DNA of 64,000 nt from Longimicrobiales bacterium (GTDB lineage: Bacteria; Gemmatimonadota; Gemmatimonadetes; Longimicrobiales; Gaopeijiaceae): positions 256,001-320,000 of the forward strand of contig CAXXKM010000001.1 of assembly GCA_963664435.2 (NCBI GenBank). The letters are read 5' to 3'. Each line of letters begins with the position of its first letter. The stretch's first letter is position 1. Both the position numbers and the translations under genes were made by a program. Shown piece by piece: positions 28,657-38,236 of this stretch. A model generated the notes under the pieces. The model was not told the origin of the DNA and ran no database searches. It saw only the letters and a list, made by a program, of their open reading frames with translations.

Positions 28657-31107
28657 ATGAAGAGACTCCCCGAGGGTTCGGTTCTCCTCGCAACGTGGTC
28701 GGTGGCCGGCATCGGACTCATGCTGGGCGCCGGTACACCCGATGTCGTTCGAACCGCATCCCTCCGGAATCCTGGTCCGGACCCGGAGGTCCGGCTCGCG
28801 GCGGAGCCCCCGACCGCTCCCTCGCCCGCCCTGCCATCTCCCGCGCTCACGGCCGTAGTCCAGCAGTACTGCGTCGTCTGCCACAACGACGCGCTCCTCA
28901 CCGGCAACCTCTCGCTGCAGCACTTCGCCGTGGATCAGGCCCGGGAGAAGCGCGAGATGTCGGAAAAGATGATCCGCAAGCTGCGCGCGGGGATGATGCC
29001 GCCGCCGGGGATTCCGCGCCCGTCCGCCGATACCCTGCTGTCGCTGGTCGAGACGCTCGAGTCCTCCGTCGACGAGGCCGCCCGAGCGGCTCCCAATCTG
29101 GGCACGCGGCGGTTTCAGCGGCTCAGCCGGCCCGAGTACGAACGCGTCGTCCACGAACTCCTGGGACTCGAGGTGAACGCGGACAACTGGCTCCCGGAGG
29201 ACCTGCTGGTGGGGAGCTTCGACAACATGTCCGCCGCGCAGGGGCTCTCGACCACCCTGCTGGACTCCTACCTCAAGGCGGCCATCGACGTGAGCCGGCT
29301 CGCCATCGGAAACCCGCGGGCCCTGTCCTCCACCACCAAGCACCGCAACCCCATGGAGGTGTCGCAGCATGCCTGGGACCAGGTCGAGGGCGCGCCCTTC
29401 GGCACCAGGGGCGGGATGGTGGTGACGCACGACTTTCCGGCGGACGGCGAGTACGTCTTCCGCGTCGAGACGGAGTTCGGCAGCGGCAACCAGGTCGCCG
29501 CCGAGGACATCGACATCTCCATCGACGGGGATCCGGTCGCGGTCCTCAGGCTCGAATACAACGCCGTGCGCACCGTGCCCGCCATCGAGACCGAACCGAT
29601 CTTCGTGCGCGCCGGACAGCGCAGGGTCTCGGCCGCGTTCGTCAACGTCATCGAGGGACCCTACGAGGACCGCTTCAGCCCCGCCGCCTGGTCGGCGGCG
29701 GGTACCGCGGGAGGCAGCTACGGGGTAACCGGCCTCACGCACCTCAAGGAGCTGCTCATCACCGGGCCGACCCACGTCTCGGGGGTGGCGGAGACCGGGA
29801 GCCGGCAACGGATCTTCACGTGTCGTCCATCTGCGGCCGAGGAAGCCCGCCCGTGCGCGCAGTCGATCCTCTCGCGGCTCGCCGCGCGCGCCCACCGCCG
29901 GCCGCCGTCGGCCGACGACATCGACGACCTGATGAGCTTCTACGATGCGGCCGCAGCCGAAGGAGGCTTCGAGACCGGGGTGCAGATGGGCCTGCAGGCG
30001 ATCCTGGTGTCCCCGGAGTTCGTCTTCCGGCTGGAGCGTGAACCAGCCGACACGCGCCCGGGCGAGGGCTACCCTCTGAGCGACATCGACCTCGCCACGC
30101 GGCTCTCCTTCTTCCTTTGGGCGACGGTGCCCGACGAGGAGCTGCTCCAGGTCGCGGGGAGCGGCCGGCTCTCGGATCCGGAGGTGTTGGAGGCGCAGGT
30201 CGAGCGCATGCTGCGCGACCCGCGCTCGGAGACCCTGGCCACCCGCTTCGCGCACCAGTGGCTGAGGCTGCAGGACGTGGGCAAGGTATGGCCGGAGTCC
30301 TACCTCTACCCCGACTTCTCGCAGCAGCTGGCCGATGCCATGGTGCGGGAAACCGAGCTGCTCTTCGACCACCTGGTGAGGGAGGACAGGAGTCTGCTCG
30401 AACTGCTCGACGCGGACTACACCTTCCTCAACCGGCGGCTCGCGCGGCACTACGGCATAGAAGCCGACTTCCGGGGCGAAGACTTCCGCCTCGTCCGCTA
30501 CCCGGACGACCGCCGCCGGGGCGTCCTCGGCCACGGTAGCGTCCTGCACCTCACCTCCATGTCGGGCCGGACCTCGCCCGTGCTGCGCGGAAAGTGGGTG
30601 ATGGAGGTGCTGATGGGGACGCCGCCGCCACCGCCGCCGCCCAACGTCCCCACCCTTGAAGGCAGCCCGGAGGCCGACGGGGGCCGCATCCTGACCACGC
30701 GCGAGCGCATGGAACTGCACCGCTCCAGCCCGGTGTGCAGCTCCTGCCACAACTTCATCGATCCCATCGGCCTGGCGCTCGACAACTTCGACGTCACCGG
30801 CCGCTGGCGGGTGCGCGAGAACATGGCCCCGCTCGACACCCGCGGCACCTTCTATGACGGCACCGCCCTCAGCTCACCTTCCGAGCTGGCGGCGGTGCTC
30901 CTCAAGCGTCCGATCCCGCTCGCCCGCAACTTCACCGAGCATCTGTTCTCTTACGCGATCGGGCGACCCGCCGACCATCTGGATCAGCCGACCATCCGCG
31001 CCATCACGCGGGCGGCGGCCAACAGCAACTACAGCATATCGTCGATTCTGATGGGAATCGTGAAAAGCGCCCCCTTCCGAATGCGACAAACGCAGGAGGT
31101 TCAATGA
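28657..31107 (+). CDS. DUF1592/DUF1588/DUF1585/DUF1587/DUF1595 (PSD/PSCyt) c-type cytochrome protein, copy 1
   Basis: Signal region, CVVCH (28870-28884), KLRAGMMPP, LATRLSFFLW, RTSPVLRGKWV, CSSCH (30736-30750), LDNFDVTGRWR. Confidence 0.9.
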   Translation: MKRLPEGSVLLATWSVAGIGLMLGAGTPDVVRTASLRNPGPDPEVRLAAEPPTAPSPALPSPALTAVVQQYCVVCHNDALLTGNLSLQHFAVDQAREKREMSEKMIRKLRAGMMPPPGIPRPSADTLLSLVETLESSVDEAARAAPNLGTRRFQRLSRPEYERVVHELLGLEVNADNWLPEDLLVGSFDNMSAAQGLSTTLLDSYLKAAIDVSRLAIGNPRALSSTTKHRNPMEVSQHAWDQVEGAPFGTRGGMVVTHDFPADGEYVFRVETEFGSGNQVAAEDIDISIDGDPVAVLRLEYNAVRTVPAIETEPIFVRAGQRRVSAAFVNVIEGPYEDRFSPAAWSAAGTAGGSYGVTGLTHLKELLITGPTHVSGVAETGSRQRIFTCRPSAAEEARPCAQSILSRLAARAHRRPPSADDIDDLMSFYDAAAAEGGFETGVQMGLQAILVSPEFVFRLEREPADTRPGEGYPLSDIDLATRLSFFLWATVPDEELLQVAGSGRLSDPEVLEAQVERMLRDPRSETLATRFAHQWLRLQDVGKVWPESYLYPDFSQQLADAMVRETELLFDHLVREDRSLLELLDADYTFLNRRLARHYGIEADFRGEDFRLVRYPDDRRRGVLGHGSVLHLTSMSGRTSPVLRGKWVMEVLMGTPPPPPPPNVPTLEGSPEADGGRILTTRERMELHRSSPVCSSCHNFIDPIGLALDNFDVTGRWRVRENMAPLDTRGTFYDGTALSSPSELAAVLLKRPIPLARNFTEHLFSYAIGRPADHLDQPTIRAITRAAANSNYSISSILMGIVKSAPFRMRQTQEVQ

Positions 31108-33473
31108 GTTACCCGATGTTCGAAACCACATCCACGGCGACCGGCGCCCGCGCGGCTCCGATGCTCGCCCTTCTCGCCACCCTCGCCCTCCTGTGGACCG
31201 CCCCCCTGGCCGCCCAGCAGGGACAGATCACCGGGCTCGTCACCAACGCCGCCACCGGCCAGCCCATCTCGTCGGCACAGGTGTTCATCCCCGAGTTGAG
31301 CATGGGAGCGCTTTCGGCCTCCAACGGCCGTTTTGTCATGCTGGGCGTCAACGCCGGCACCCACACGGTCCGCGTCGAGCGCATCGGCTTTGCCGCCGCG
31401 ACCATGGAGGTCACCGTCGCGGTGGACCAGACGGCCGAGGCGAACTTCGAGCTCCAGGAAGTGGCGTTGAACCTCGACGAGATCGTGGTGACCGGGACCG
31501 GTGAGCACGCGGAGGGAGCCATGAGGCTCGGACGCGGGATGGGGGGCGCGGGCGCGGTGCTGGCGGTCGTGCTGGCCGCAGGTGCCACGCCCCCGCAGGA
31601 GGGGTTGCTTGATGCCGCGCGCCGCGGCGATACGGAAGAGGTGCGGGCGCTGCTCGACGACGGGGCCGATCCCAACCACGCGCAGGGAGACGGGCTGACG
31701 GCGCTGCACCTGGCCGCCCGCGAGGGCCATCTCGAAGTCGTGGACATCCTGATCGGCGCGGGGGCCGTGACCGGGGCGACAACGCGCATAGGCGACTACA
31801 CGCCCTTGCACCTGGCCGGCGGCGCGGGGCACACGGACGTGGTGAGCGTGCTTCTGGGCGCGGGCGCCGACGCGGGGGCCGTGACCACCTCCAGCGGCGT
31901 CACCCCCCTCCACCTGGCGGCGGAGGCGCGCGGCGGCGAGGGCGCGGTGCGCCTGCTGCTCGAACACGGCGCGCCGGTGGACCCGCGCGAGAAATCGGCC
32001 GGGCAGACGCCTTTGATGTTCGCCGCCGCCGCCGGACAGGCGGCCTCCGCGGCCGAACTGCTGGAATACGGCGCCGACCCCGGGCTCGCCACCGAGGTGG
32101 GGGACGTGCTGCGGCGCATGGCGATCAGCCAGTCCGCCCAGGGACGTCTGCTGGAGGCGCTGTCCGAGATCCAGCGGGCAACCGAGGGCGGAACCGCCCG
32201 CGAGCCGACCGCCGCCGAAGTGCAGGCCGCGCTCGCCGTCCAGCGCGAATACCTCGCCTCGGAGGAGCTGCGGGAACAGCTGGCGGACTTCCACCCCGAC
32301 GACCTTGCCAACGTGGTGCCCGCATGGGACACGCCCGCCGGCTACGTCGCCGAGAACGAGATCGTCGCGCGGCCCATGTACGAGACCCTGGTCGGCAGGA
32401 CGGGCGGCATGACCGCCCTGCTGCACGCCGCCCGCGAGGGCCACCTGGAGGTCGCGCGGGTGCTTCTGGACGGCGGCGCCGACATCGACCAGGTCGCGGG
32501 CGACGGGGCCAGCCCGCTCACCATCGCCGCGCTCAACGGCCAGTTCGACATGGCGATGCTGCTCATCGAGCGCGGAGCCGACCCCGACCTGGCCACCCAC
32601 ACCGACGGCGTTGCTCCCCTGTTCGCAGTGCTGCAGACGCAGTGGGCCTTCAAGTTCACCGACCACCCCCATCCACGTACGCACGACAACCAGGCGACCA
32701 CACACATGGACGTCCTGACGGCGCTCCTGGAGGCCGGCGCGGATCCCGACGTGCCGATCCGGACCCACCTGTGGTACTCGGACTTCCTGCGTGGCAAGCT
32801 GGGACTCAACCTGACCGGGGCCACTCCCTTCTGGCGGGCGGCGCTGGCCCTGGACCTGCCCGCCATGAAAGCCCTGGTGGCGCACGGAGCCGACCCGGAC
32901 ATCCCCACCACCTGGCCGGAGCCGGGGATGCGCGAGGGACGCCAGAACGACGGGCGCCTGCAAGAGGATTCCGGGCTGCCCATGATCCCCGAGGGGACCC
33001 CCAACATGTATCCCATCCACGCCGCGGCGGGGGGCGGGTACATGGGACTCGGCGCCTTCCTCATGAACCACGTGCCGAACAACTTCCTCAACACCGTCAG
33101 ATACCTGGTCGAGGAGCACGGCGCCGACGTGAACCTCCCCGACTCATGGGGCTACACGCCCCTGCACTACGCCTCGGTGCGGGGCGGCAACGACCTCATC
33201 GAGTACCTGGTGTCGAAAGGGGCCGAAGTGGGCGCGATCAGCCGGCTGGGCCAGTCAACCGCGGACATGGCGCGTGGCGGGCGGGCGGGCTACTTCTCGC
33301 GGCCGTCCTACCCCGGGACCGTCGACCTGCTGGTGGATCTGGGGTCGGAACTGAGGTGCCTGAACACCCACTTCCGGGGCACCGGCGACTTCTGCCCGGG
33401 CGCCGGGGTGGAACCGTTCGACACGGAGGCTCCTCCTGTACGGCAGAATCGCCCGCCCGGGGGAAGAAGGTGA
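31104..33473 (+). CDS. Carboxypeptidase-regulatory-like (SusC N-terminal type) domain in frame with a secreted ankyrin-repeat protein (internal start 31521)
   Basis: Signal peptide, GQITGLVTNAATGQPI...LNLDEIVVTGT, then GGAGGGAGCC-ATG, a second signal peptide and many ankyrin repeats (GLTALHLAA, TPLHLA, GYTPLHYA). Confidence 0.8.
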   Translation: MSYPMFETTSTATGARAAPMLALLATLALLWTAPLAAQQGQITGLVTNAATGQPISSAQVFIPELSMGALSASNGRFVMLGVNAGTHTVRVERIGFAAATMEVTVAVDQTAEANFELQEVALNLDEIVVTGTGEHAEGAMRLGRGMGGAGAVLAVVLAAGATPPQEGLLDAARRGDTEEVRALLDDGADPNHAQGDGLTALHLAAREGHLEVVDILIGAGAVTGATTRIGDYTPLHLAGGAGHTDVVSVLLGAGADAGAVTTSSGVTPLHLAAEARGGEGAVRLLLEHGAPVDPREKSAGQTPLMFAAAAGQAASAAELLEYGADPGLATEVGDVLRRMAISQSAQGRLLEALSEIQRATEGGTAREPTAAEVQAALAVQREYLASEELREQLADFHPDDLANVVPAWDTPAGYVAENEIVARPMYETLVGRTGGMTALLHAAREGHLEVARVLLDGGADIDQVAGDGASPLTIAALNGQFDMAMLLIERGADPDLATHTDGVAPLFAVLQTQWAFKFTDHPHPRTHDNQATTHMDVLTALLEAGADPDVPIRTHLWYSDFLRGKLGLNLTGATPFWRAALALDLPAMKALVAHGADPDIPTTWPEPGMREGRQNDGRLQEDSGLPMIPEGTPNMYPIHAAAGGGYMGLGAFLMNHVPNNFLNTVRYLVEEHGADVNLPDSWGYTPLHYASVRGGNDLIEYLVSKGAEVGAISRLGQSTADMARGGRAGYFSRPSYPGTVDLLVDLGSELRCLNTHFRGTGDFCPGAGVEPFDTEAPPVRQNRPPGGRR

Positions 33474-33606
33474 GCCAACCGGGAGCGCGGGGATAGCGAA
33501 CCCACCGCGTCCCCGGTGCGCTGAGCAGGAACCCCTCGGCCGCGTCCCGGCCTGCTGGACCGGAGTCGACCCTGAGGCGGAGGCCTGCCCTGTGGCCGGG
33601 TGCCGG

Positions 33607-35052
33607 CTACGCGATTGGCGGCCTCCCGGGCGGCCGACCCGCGGACGGGGGCGGCCGGTCGCCGGGCGGGGTACGCGACCCGGTCGCGGGCGGGGGGCCG
33701 GAACCGGCGGGAGGCGGTTCCCCCCGCCGCCGCAGCACGGGTCGCTCGTCGCGGCCCTCGTCGGCACGAACGTCCGGCGGCACAACCGTACCCGGCCGCA
33801 CCCGCGCATCGCGAACCGGCCCGGCCGGGAGCGACCCGTCGGGCAGCGGGGAAGCGGCGGGGAGCGGGGCCGCGGGCGGCGCACCCGCCACGCCTTCCGC
33901 CACCGGTTCCCGCGATGCCACCGGATCGGCCCCTTGCGCGCGCACCTCGCCGCCCGCGGCGGTGGACTGCCCCACCGGCGTCCGGCTCGGTCCGGGGGTG
34001 CGCTCCACGGCCGGCACCCGCCCACCCACATCCGGGCGCGGCTCCACACGGGTGGCCGGAAGCGGCGCTTCCGGCGGCCGTACGACCCTTCCCGGCAGCT
34101 CCAGGCCCTCCACCGGCGCCGCCGCATCGGCCTGGGCGCTCACCCCCGGCCGCATCGGCTCGCGCAGGCCGGGAACCCGCGCGGTGGGCGGCCCACCGCG
34201 CTCCCGCCCCACGTCCCCGCCGATGCCGAGCACGGGCGTGTCCCCCGACCTCGTTCGGATCAGGGGCGTCGCCCCTTCGCCATCGGCGCGCTCCTTGAAC
34301 TCGAACATGGGACGCGACGGTTCGAGCGGGCGCGTGTACACCACCCGGTCACCGCTGTATCGGTACACCGGGTAGTAGTAGGGGTCGTCGTGGATCACGA
34401 CGCGGAAGTCGGTGCACCAGGCACCGTACGGGTTCCAGTCGAACATCGGCCTGAACCCGTGACACTGGTAGCAGAGGAAACGCGGATAGTCGTGGGGACC
34501 GTCAATGTCGTAGGAGACGAAGTCGAGCGCGTAATCTCCTGCCCCTTCCGGAATCAGCGACGCGACCACATCGTCCATCATCAGGAATGGATCGCGGTAT
34601 GCGGCCTGCGCCACCGCGCCCAGGTTCCAGCCGCCCTCGTAGCGCGAGTAGGCGAAGCCGGAGAAATCGAGCGGCGCCGGCGACGCGACCACGAAGAGGT
34701 AGCCCTTGCCCTCGTCCTCGTCCACCTGCCAATAGCGCGACTCCGGAAACAGCACCCGGTAGTCGCGCCCACCCAGCGCCACGTGGTCGTCGGTGGGGGA
34801 GCCGGGATGGAGCAGGCGCGCGAAGCCGTTGGTGTCGATATGGAAGATGCTCACGTAGGCATCGCGCGAGGCGCGGTAGAAGACACGCACCAGATCGCCC
34901 CGGCGCAGGACGGGGCTCGTGCCGCGATCCAGCCAGATGCGGGACTCCAGGGGTTCGTCCCGGACTGCGAACTGCTCCTGGGCGGCAATGGGCGCCGCAC
35001 ACAGAAGCGTCAGCCCGAGAACCGGGCCAGTGGCCGACCTGGCGAACCGCAT
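33607..35052 (-). CDS. Secreted DUF4384-like protein with CxxCH motif and long Pro/Arg-rich tail
   Basis: Signal peptide ending IAA-Q, GDLVRVFYRASRDAYVSIFHIDTNG..RLLHP (DUF4384-like), CYQCH at 34459-34473. Confidence 0.75.
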   Translation of the reverse strand: MRFARSATGPVLGLTLLCAAPIAAQEQFAVRDEPLESRIWLDRGTSPVLRRGDLVRVFYRASRDAYVSIFHIDTNGFARLLHPGSPTDDHVALGGRDYRVLFPESRYWQVDEDEGKGYLFVVASPAPLDFSGFAYSRYEGGWNLGAVAQAAYRDPFLMMDDVVASLIPEGAGDYALDFVSYDIDGPHDYPRFLCYQCHGFRPMFDWNPYGAWCTDFRVVIHDDPYYYPVYRYSGDRVVYTRPLEPSRPMFEFKERADGEGATPLIRTRSGDTPVLGIGGDVGRERGGPPTARVPGLREPMRPGVSAQADAAAPVEGLELPGRVVRPPEAPLPATRVEPRPDVGGRVPAVERTPGPSRTPVGQSTAAGGEVRAQGADPVASREPVAEGVAGAPPAAPLPAASPLPDGSLPAGPVRDARVRPGTVVPPDVRADEGRDERPVLRRRGEPPPAGSGPPPATGSRTPPGDRPPPSAGRPPGRPPIA

Positions 35053-35116
35053 CGTCCTGACTCTCTCCCCTGCCCGCGTGTGGTGACCGGCGCAACGAAA
35101 TCCGGGTCCAATATGC

Positions 35117-35133
35117 TGCACCATGCGTGCCAG
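35117..35133 (-). promoter_or_regulatory. Putative sigma-54 (-24/-12) promoter
   Basis: Minus-strand CTGGCACGCATGGTGCA (GG-N10-GC), about 65 nt upstream of ATG 35052. Confidence 0.5.
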
Positions 35134-35308
35134 CGCATGAGACCGTCGCCTTCCCTAACCTATCTGACGATGAAGTCCTTCCCGCAAGTACACGTGAGCC
35201 TGATATCTTCCCTGGAAGGGCCTCGGGCGGCGCACGCCGCACGTTCGACCGATGACCGGATCCCGGCGGGCATGGCATCCTCTCTCCCGGTTTTCTACAC
35301 TACCCACC

Positions 35309-36262
35309 ATGAACGAACCCGACACATCCGCACCTGACGCCCGCCTGGGAACCGCTCCGGGCCGGCGGCGCGCCGACCTGATGGACCCGATCGCGCTGTC
35401 GGAGGTCGGCGGCCTCGAGTTCATCGCACGCGAGGTCGTGGAGGGATTCTACATGGGGCTGCACCGTTCGCCGCACCGCGGGTTCTCCGCGGAGTTCGCG
35501 GAGCATCGAGCCTACCAGGCCGGGGATGATCTGCGCTATATCGACTGGCGCATGTACGGACGCTCGGACCGATTCTACGTGAAGCAGTTCGAGGAGGAGA
35601 CCAACCTTCGGGCATACCTCCTTCTCGACAACAGCCTCTCGATGGCGTGGACGTCGCAGCCCGAGACGCTGGCCACCAAGTCGTGGTACGCGAAGCACCT
35701 TCTGGCATGCATCGCCCTTCTGCTTCTGGGTCAGGGGGACCTGGTCGGCTTCGCATCCTTCCACCACGAGATCCAGGCGCGCCTCGCACCCAGCGGAGGA
35801 CGCAAGCAGTGGCACGAGATCATTCGGCGCGTCTCGCCGCTGGAGCCCGCCGGCCTGACCTCCCCGCACTCCGCGCTGCGGGACATCGCGGGACGGCTGC
35901 GACGCCGCGGCCTGGTCGTGCTCCTGTCCGACCTCCTGATCGACCCGGAGGAAACCCGGCTGGCGCTCCGCTTTCTGAAGCACTACGGACACGAGGTGCT
36001 CGTTTTCCACATTCTGGATCCGGGGGAGCGCGAGCTGCCTCCCGCCGGAGACGTGCGCTTCTTCGATCCCGAGAGCCGCGACGAGATTCAGATCAGCGTG
36101 CCGGACATGCGCCGCGAGTACCGGGACGCCGTGGAGAGCGCGATCGCCGAGTGGGAGCGTGCGACAAAGCCATACGGGATCGACTACTGCATGCTCGAAA
36201 CCAGCCAGCCCTTCTCGCTCGCCCTGAGGGCCTATCTGCGAAAGCGGCAGAGGCTGGGATAG
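35309..36262 (+). CDS. DUF58 domain protein (MoxR-associated, vWA-like)
   Basis: GLHRSPHRGFSAEFAEHRAY..GDDLRYIDW, VKQFEEETN, LLDNSLSM. Confidence 0.92.
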   Translation: MNEPDTSAPDARLGTAPGRRRADLMDPIALSEVGGLEFIAREVVEGFYMGLHRSPHRGFSAEFAEHRAYQAGDDLRYIDWRMYGRSDRFYVKQFEEETNLRAYLLLDNSLSMAWTSQPETLATKSWYAKHLLACIALLLLGQGDLVGFASFHHEIQARLAPSGGRKQWHEIIRRVSPLEPAGLTSPHSALRDIAGRLRRRGLVVLLSDLLIDPEETRLALRFLKHYGHEVLVFHILDPGERELPPAGDVRFFDPESRDEIQISVPDMRREYRDAVESAIAEWERATKPYGIDYCMLETSQPFSLALRAYLRKRQRLG

Positions 36263-36274
36263 GAGCCGGACGGC

Positions 36275-38236
36275 GTGGGCTTTCTGAACCCCCTCTTCCT
36301 CGCTGCCGCGGCGGTGGTCGCGGTCCCGCTGATTCTTCATCTCTTCCACCGCCACGAGCTGCGCCGGGTCCCGTTCCCCGCGCTGCGCTACTTGCTGCGC
36401 GCCACCCGTGATCACGCGCGCACCATCCGCATCCGCCAGCTGCTCCTGCTGCTCCTGAGAGTTGCCATCTGTCTTCTGCTGGTGCTGGCCGGAAGCCGCC
36501 TCTTCTGGAGAGGCGCCGGGGGCACCCACCAACCGACCGCGCTGGTGATCATCCTGGACAACTCGCTCAGCTCGGGGCTGATCCAGGGAGAACAGCGCGT
36601 GCTGGATCGATTGAAGGCGCTGGCCCTCGAGACCCTCGACGAGGCCGGGCCCGAGGATCGCATCTGGGTAATGAGGGCGGGGGAACCCTGGGATGTTGCA
36701 GTCCCGGGATCTCCCGTGGAGGCGCGCGCGCGCCTGCTGGAGACGCAGGTGGGCAGCGGACGAGGAGATCTCGCCGGTGCACTCGAGAGGGCCGGCGCCC
36801 TGGTTTCGGCAGCGCCGCTCGACGAAACCGAAATCCAGCTGCTGTCGGACCTGCAGGCCACCGCGTTCCCGGGCGACGCTCCCGTGCCCCTTCCCGACGG
36901 TACCCGTCTCCTTGTGTACCGCCCACCGTCCTCCACGGAGGACAACCGCTACCTCAGGGAGGTACTCGTGGGCGGGGGTCTCGCGCCGATGGCGAACGAG
37001 CGTTCCCAGGTATCCATCGCGGTGGGCGGCACGGGCGAGGGCGCCGATACCCTGGCCGTGCGGCTGGTTGCGGGAGGGCGCACGGTCGGCGCGACCACCA
37101 TAACCGCGGGATCGGAGGCGCTGCTCAGCGTGGGACCGTTCGCCGGCGGCGTGGTGGTGAGCGGGTACGCCGAGATCGACCCGGACGCGCTGCGCGGCGA
37201 CGACCGCCGCTATTTCTCGGTATCGGTGCGGCCACCGGTGGGGGTGTCGCTCCGGGGGGAGGGCGGCTTCTTTCTGGAGCAGGCGATCGAAGTGCTGGCC
37301 CAGGCCGGGCGGGCGCGGCGGACGGCGGACGCGGCAGCCGAGGTTGTCGTGAGCGTCGGTGGAGAGGGGCTGGACGGCCGGCCCGGCAGTTCCGCCGCGG
37401 TCGTGCTTCCTCCTTCCGACGCGGCCATGCTTCCCGCCCTCAACCGGCAGCTCCTGCTGGCGGAAATCCCGTGGCGCTACGAGAGCGAGACGGGCGCCGG
37501 GGAGATCGGCGTGGCCGACAGCCGCCTGCCGGTCGCTCTCGACGAGGTGCGCATCCTCCGCCGCTATCGCCTGGTGGCCAACGGAGAGGAGGCGGCGGGG
37601 CTGGTCCAGGCCACCCTCGACTCGGGCGAGCCCTGGATCGTGACCGGCACCGCGCCCGGCGGACCCTACCTGCTGGTCGGCTCTCCGATGGACGCCGAGG
37701 CCACCAGCCTGGCCGTGTCCGCCCCCATGCTGCCCCTCGTCGAGTGGATGGTGTCGCGCTGGCCTTTCCAGAGCGAGGGCAGATCGTTCACCGTCGGGGA
37801 TGTGCTGCCGATCCCGGCCGGCGTTGACGCCATCGCCGACGGCGCCGGCGCGCGGATGCCGGCCGACGCGGGCGCCCGGGTTGTCGCGCGCGCTCCGGGG
37901 CTCTATCGCCTTTTGGCCGGTGACTCCCTCGTGCAACAGGTCGCGGTCAATCCGCCCGAGGCGGAATCGATCCTCGAGCCGGTCTCGGACGACGCCCTCA
38001 GCGGCCTTCTGGGGGACGACTACGACCAGGCAGACGCGTCGTCCTGGCGCCGCTCGATCTTCGCCAGCCGGCAGGGCACCGAGATCTGGCGCTGGCTCCT
38101 GGCCGCCGCGCTGGCCCTGATGCTCGTGGAATCCCGGGTTGCGGCAACCGGCCGGCGCGCCCGCTCCTCGGGCCAAGCCGCCCTATCCGGCTCCCGCGGA
38201 CCGTCCGCCTCCGGCCCCCTTCCGCGAGCCGGATGA
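36275..38236 (+). CDS. BatA-domain / vWA membrane protein
   Basis: MGFLNPLFL..PLILHLF..FPALRYL (BatA), ILDNSLS MIDAS-like motif, C-terminal EIWRWLL TM helix. Confidence 0.88.
   Translation: MGFLNPLFLAAAAVVAVPLILHLFHRHELRRVPFPALRYLLRATRDHARTIRIRQLLLLLLRVAICLLLVLAGSRLFWRGAGGTHQPTALVIILDNSLSSGLIQGEQRVLDRLKALALETLDEAGPEDRIWVMRAGEPWDVAVPGSPVEARARLLETQVGSGRGDLAGALERAGALVSAAPLDETEIQLLSDLQATAFPGDAPVPLPDGTRLLVYRPPSSTEDNRYLREVLVGGGLAPMANERSQVSIAVGGTGEGADTLAVRLVAGGRTVGATTITAGSEALLSVGPFAGGVVVSGYAEIDPDALRGDDRRYFSVSVRPPVGVSLRGEGGFFLEQAIEVLAQAGRARRTADAAAEVVVSVGGEGLDGRPGSSAAVVLPPSDAAMLPALNRQLLLAEIPWRYESETGAGEIGVADSRLPVALDEVRILRRYRLVANGEEAAGLVQATLDSGEPWIVTGTAPGGPYLLVGSPMDAEATSLAVSAPMLPLVEWMVSRWPFQSEGRSFTVGDVLPIPAGVDAIADGAGARMPADAGARVVARAPGLYRLLAGDSLVQQVAVNPPEAESILEPVSDDALSGLLGDDYDQADASSWRRSIFASRQGTEIWRWLLAAALALMLVESRVAATGRRARSSGQAALSGSRGPSASGPLPRAG

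Noticed and set aside
33478..33516. GC-rich imperfect hairpin between convergent ankyrin and DUF4384 genes
   Set aside because: The stem is imperfect and has no U-tract on either strand, so it cannot be called a terminator.
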